From contig JBAQZL010000097.1 of assembly GCA_049790955.1 (NCBI GenBank), positions 13,729 to 77,728 of the forward strand: 64,000 nt of DNA. Direction: 5' to 3'. The stretch's first letter is position 1; every line of letters begins with the position of its first letter. Under the pieces are notes generated by a model. The model was not told where the DNA came from. It ran no database searches and saw only the letters and a program-made list of their open reading frames with translations. Position numbers and translations under genes: made by a program. Positions 60,676-64,000 of this stretch are shown here, in pieces. The stretch is from Acidimicrobiales bacterium. Its GTDB lineage: Bacteria; Actinomycetota; Acidimicrobiia; Acidimicrobiales; RAAP-2.

Positions 60676-62631
60676 GTGAATCTCGCTTCTATTGAGGGCC
60701 CCGACGACCTGCGGCCCCTTTCGTATAAAGAACTAGACGCTCTCAGTCAGGAAATTCGCGAATTCATCATCTCGACGGTGACCTCAACCGGAGGGCATCT
60801 CGGTTCCAACCTGGGTGTAGTTGAACTGACCCTGGCGCTTCATCGCGTGTTCCACTCCCCTGAGGACGTCCTGCTCTGGGATACCGGCCACCAGGCCTAT
60901 ATCCACAAGCTGCTCACCGGTCGGCGTCGAGACTTCGCGAAACTACGAAAGCGCGGAGGCCTCTCGGGGTATCCGAATCGCTCCGAGAGTCCCCACGATT
61001 GGATCGAGTCGAGCCACGCGTCAACGGCCCTCTCCTATGCCCACGGACTCTCCGTTGCGCTCGATCACCGTGGCGAACTCGCGGGACACGGGGGCAAACG
61101 CCACGTGGTTGCCGTCGTCGGTGACGGTTCACTGACCGGGGGCATGGCCTACGAAGCCCTCAACAACCTCGGGCACTCCAACCAACGCGTGGTCATTGTC
61201 CTCAACGACAACGGACGAAGCTATGCGCCGACCGTCTCCAAACTCTCGGAGTCGCTGACCTCGCTGCGGCTCAATCGCACCTACGTCTCGGTGCGTGAGG
61301 GCGTTCGTCACCTCGCGCCACATCTCCCTCGCGCCGGGCGTGCGGGTCTCGCCGGCCTTCACGGGGTGACGTCGGCGGTACGCGAACTGGTAACTCCGGG
61401 CACGTTCTTTGAGGATCTGGGCGTGCGTTACGTCGGACCAATCGACGGCCACAACATCGAATCAGTGGAAACCGCGCTGCGAAACGCCGCGTTGTGGGAC
61501 GGACCAATCGTCGTGCACGTTCTCACCGAAAAGGGTCGCGGGTACGAACCGGCGACTACCGACAAGCTGAAGATGCACGACTACAAATTGCGTGCACCCG
61601 TCAACGAGGACCAGCCGGTCTCCGAATCCTTTACCGCGGCATTCGCGAACTCGCTCATCACCCTGGCAGATCTGGATGATCGGGTCGTCGCAATTACCGC
61701 CGCCATGGCGGAACCTACGGGACTCACGGCTTTTCAGCAGCGCTACCCCACCCGCTTCTTCGACGTCGGTATCGCCGAGCAACACGCCGTAACCGCGGCG
61801 GCCGGAATGGCGATGGGTGGTCTGAAACCCGTGGTCGCTTTGTACTCGACGTTCTTCTCGCGCGCGTTCGATCAGGCCAATCTCGACGTCGGGCTTTTGA
61901 ACCTGCCAGTCGTCTTTGTCTTCGACCGCGCGGGCATCACCGGAGACGACGGACCAAGTCACCACGGTCTCCTCGATATGGCCCTATGTCTCGCCATTCC
62001 CAATATGACGATCTTCGCGCCCTCGAGCGCCGCAGAGATTCCGGGCATGCTCGCTGAAGCTCTGTCGATGAGTTCGCCCACGGCTCTGCGCTTTCCCAAG
62101 ACTCTGCCAAAGCCCTTTGATGGAAAGACCGGAGTTGGCCTGCACGCGCGAGAAGTCACTCGCGGTGACGGGTCTCTCTGTGTCCTGGCCGTGGGAAAGA
62201 TGGCGCCGTCGGCCTACGAGGCCCTGACGCTCATGGGCGACGATGCGAAGCGCGTCACGCTCTACGACGTGCGCGTGCTGCCCCCCGAGGCGTCGATGAT
62301 CGATGACGCTGTCGCACACGAACGCATCATCACCATCGAAGACGGCACTCGTCACGGTGGGGCCGGCACGCTCATGGTGTCCGCCGTGCGAGAACGCGCT
62401 CAAGACCTGGGCGTGCCCGTGCCGACGACACGGATACTTGGCGTGCCGCGCGCTTTTCTCGACCACAATCAACCCGACGCACTGCTCGGTGAACTCGGTC
62501 TTGACCCCGAAGGACTGTCAACGGCGTTACTTCGACTGCTCAACGATGAACCCGAGTTTCCGCGTGTACTGCCGACCGCACCGCGAGGACCGTACTTGAA
62601 CGTTAATAGTGCGTTTCCTTGGAACTCGTAA
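60676..62631 (+). CDS. dxs: 1-deoxy-D-xylulose-5-phosphate synthase
   Basis: 651 aa with GGHLGSNLGVVELT, GHQAYIHKLLTGRR and the ThDP motif GDGSLTGGMAYEALNN. Confidence 0.95.
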   Translation: MNLASIEGPDDLRPLSYKELDALSQEIREFIISTVTSTGGHLGSNLGVVELTLALHRVFHSPEDVLLWDTGHQAYIHKLLTGRRRDFAKLRKRGGLSGYPNRSESPHDWIESSHASTALSYAHGLSVALDHRGELAGHGGKRHVVAVVGDGSLTGGMAYEALNNLGHSNQRVVIVLNDNGRSYAPTVSKLSESLTSLRLNRTYVSVREGVRHLAPHLPRAGRAGLAGLHGVTSAVRELVTPGTFFEDLGVRYVGPIDGHNIESVETALRNAALWDGPIVVHVLTEKGRGYEPATTDKLKMHDYKLRAPVNEDQPVSESFTAAFANSLITLADLDDRVVAITAAMAEPTGLTAFQQRYPTRFFDVGIAEQHAVTAAAGMAMGGLKPVVALYSTFFSRAFDQANLDVGLLNLPVVFVFDRAGITGDDGPSHHGLLDMALCLAIPNMTIFAPSSAAEIPGMLAEALSMSSPTALRFPKTLPKPFDGKTGVGLHAREVTRGDGSLCVLAVGKMAPSAYEALTLMGDDAKRVTLYDVRVLPPEASMIDDAVAHERIITIEDGTRHGGAGTLMVSAVRERAQDLGVPVPTTRILGVPRAFLDHNQPDALLGELGLDPEGLSTALLRLLNDEPEFPRVLPTAPRGPYLNVNSAFPWNS

Positions 62632-62733
62632 TCACTACGCGCCACCGTTGCACAGCTGTTCGCAGTGACCTAACAGCGCAGGTCGCGATACCAATCGCCG
62701 AATGATCACGGAAATGCGGCTGATAGGTTTACC

Positions 62734-63639
62734 TTGGTTGAAATTGCGCAAAGGGAGTCGCCGCTGGTGTCAAGCAAATTGACGCAGACGATAAGCAGTT
62801 TTCTGAACGGGACCGATCACGTCGCGGCGCGGGCGCGTCGGGAGAATTTTCCGGTGGCGTCACGCCTGCTGCCACGCGAAGAGCGTGAGAATCTCATGGC
62901 GATTTACGCGTTCGCTCGCCTCACCGACGACATCGGTGACGAGGCCTTGGGCGATCGGCTGGCTCTGTTGGACTTCCTCGAAGCCGAGCTCGACCTCGCC
63001 TTTCTCGGCGAAGCCATCCACCCAGTCTTTCAACGCCTGACCCCCGTTATTGAGAACCTCGAACTCAGCCCGAAGCCTTTTCGACAACTGATCGAGGCCA
63101 ATCGCGTCGACCAACGGATTAGCCGCTATCAGAGTTTTGATGACCTCGTGGGTTACTGCATGCTGTCGGCGGCGCCCGTGGGACACCTGGTGCTCTCGAT
63201 CTTTCACGCGTCAACCCCCGAGCGCGTGGCGCTGTCGGACAAGATCTGCATTGCTTTGCAGTTGGTCGAGCACCTACAAGACGTAGGAGAAGATGCGCGT
63301 CAAGGTCGCATCTATCTTCCCCTCGATGATCTCGCACGCTTCGGTTGCCACGAGGAAGAGCTTCTGGTCACCTCGGCCAATGGACCGCTACGTGACGTCG
63401 TGGCGTTCGAAGCACAGCGCGCCCGCGCGCTCTTCGACGATGGCGCCCCGCTCGCGTCGACTCTGGCCTGGCGTCCACGTTTCGCGGTCGAAGGCTTCGT
63501 GGCCGGTGGTCTCGCTGTACTCGATGCCCTTGAGGAAGCGAACTACGACGTGTTGGCCGTTCACTGCAGTCCCTCAAAACGATCGCTGGCGACACACATG
63601 GCGAGCGCTTTTCTGAAGACACGCCGGAGTGCTGCGTGA
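62734..63639 (+). CDS. hpnC: Squalene synthase HpnC-type (hydroxysqualene dehydroxylase family of squalene/phytoene synthases)
   Basis: ...RRENFPVASRLLPREERENLMAIYAFARLTDDIGDE... plus a second Asp-rich motif, QDVGEDARQGRIYLP. The track start is TTG 62734; GTG 62767 follows AGGGAG and is an alternative. Confidence 0.8.
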   Translation: MVEIAQRESPLVSSKLTQTISSFLNGTDHVAARARRENFPVASRLLPREERENLMAIYAFARLTDDIGDEALGDRLALLDFLEAELDLAFLGEAIHPVFQRLTPVIENLELSPKPFRQLIEANRVDQRISRYQSFDDLVGYCMLSAAPVGHLVLSIFHASTPERVALSDKICIALQLVEHLQDVGEDARQGRIYLPLDDLARFGCHEEELLVTSANGPLRDVVAFEAQRARALFDDGAPLASTLAWRPRFAVEGFVAGGLAVLDALEEANYDVLAVHCSPSKRSLATHMASAFLKTRRSAA

Positions 63640-64000
63640 ATATCGAAGCGGCCTACGACTGGTGCGAAGGCGTCACGCGTAGGGAAGCTAAGAACTTTGC
63701 GTACGGCATTCGACTTCTACGCAAACCCGAGCGCCAAGCGATGTCGGCGATATACGCCCTGGCTCGGCGCATCGATGACATCGGCGACGGCGACAGTTCA
63801 CCCGAAGAGAAACTCGCGGGCCTCAGCCTCGTGCGCAAGGACATCAATCCGATCGATCCCAAGACCAATGACCCGGTGCTCGCCGCCGTCGCGGACGCCG
63901 CCAGTCGATACCCGCTGCCGATGGAGTGCTTCGGCGAGATCATTGACGGGTGCGAAATGGACGTCAACGGTACGTCGTACGAAAACATCGACGATCTTGT
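63636..64000 (+). CDS. Squalene/phytoene synthase family protein (HpnD/CrtB-like). N-terminal fragment that runs off the window.
   Basis: Own translation from GTG 63636, which overlaps the hpnC stop (GTGA): VNIEAAYDWCEGVTRREAKNFAYGIRLLRKPERQAMSAIYALARRIDDIGDG...CFGEIIDGCEMDV.... Confidence 0.75.
   Translation, partial: MNIEAAYDWCEGVTRREAKNFAYGIRLLRKPERQAMSAIYALARRIDDIGDGDSSPEEKLAGLSLVRKDINPIDPKTNDPVLAAVADAASRYPLPMECFGEIIDGCEMDVNGTSYENIDDL

Overview
This is a gene-dense, high-GC stretch of core chromosome. Hand counts of sample stretches give roughly 60-65 % G+C. It looks actinobacterial (Actinomycetota). A standalone trpF, strong genome compaction and missing pafBC hint at a lineage outside the classical Actinomycetales, perhaps Acidimicrobiia-like, but that is inference only.

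Content in order:
- A compact Pup-proteasome locus (arc-dop-pup-prcB-prcA-pafA) followed by tatA-tatC-helY.
- A ferredoxin, trmI preceded by three tiny membrane-protein genes, and a PaaI thioesterase.
- tkt-tal, the F420-chromophore synthase fbiC with a LOG-like gene, and an acyl-CoA ligase.
- Glutamate synthase gltB-gltD, with the large subunit interrupted by one in-frame TAG.
- thiO-thiS, one tRNA-Pro(GGG), a DEDDh exonuclease, a FAH-family enzyme and an FAD oxidoreductase.
- Acetate genes satP-acs, and a trp cluster with trpD divergent from trpC-trpF-trpB-trpA.
- A gamma-carbonic-anhydrase-like protein, then a DUF512 radical-SAM gene, der and a Zn-ribbon gene in one chain.
- ispH, a peptidase-E-like gene and an HD-domain + GT2 pair.
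- An eight-gene overlapping operon (scpA-scpB-rluB-aroH-tyrA-aroA-cmk-plsC).
- trpS, an M50 protease, xerD, a NUDIX hydrolase, pyrG, recN, nadK and a DUF2277 protein.
- An F420-type deazaflavin oxidoreductase, a secreted repeat protein, a class-III aminotransferase and a DMT-like membrane protein.
- dxs and the start of a squalene/hopanoid module (hpnC plus a second squalene/phytoene-synthase gene).

I saw no CRISPR array, transposase, prophage or recognisable defence system. I cannot honestly point to a clear new system here.

The most unusual items are:
- the in-frame amber codon splitting gltB;
- a tRNA-Pro gene overlapped antisense by the 3' end of an exonuclease CDS;
- a translationally coupled chain of three uncharacterised small membrane proteins feeding into trmI;
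- the DUF512 radical-SAM gene coupled to der;
- a perfect CRP/GlxR-type palindrome upstream of satP-acs;
- the systematic overlap of convergent stop codons.

The ORF track shows GTG/TTG starts as M. Several starts below were re-derived from the nucleotide sequence.
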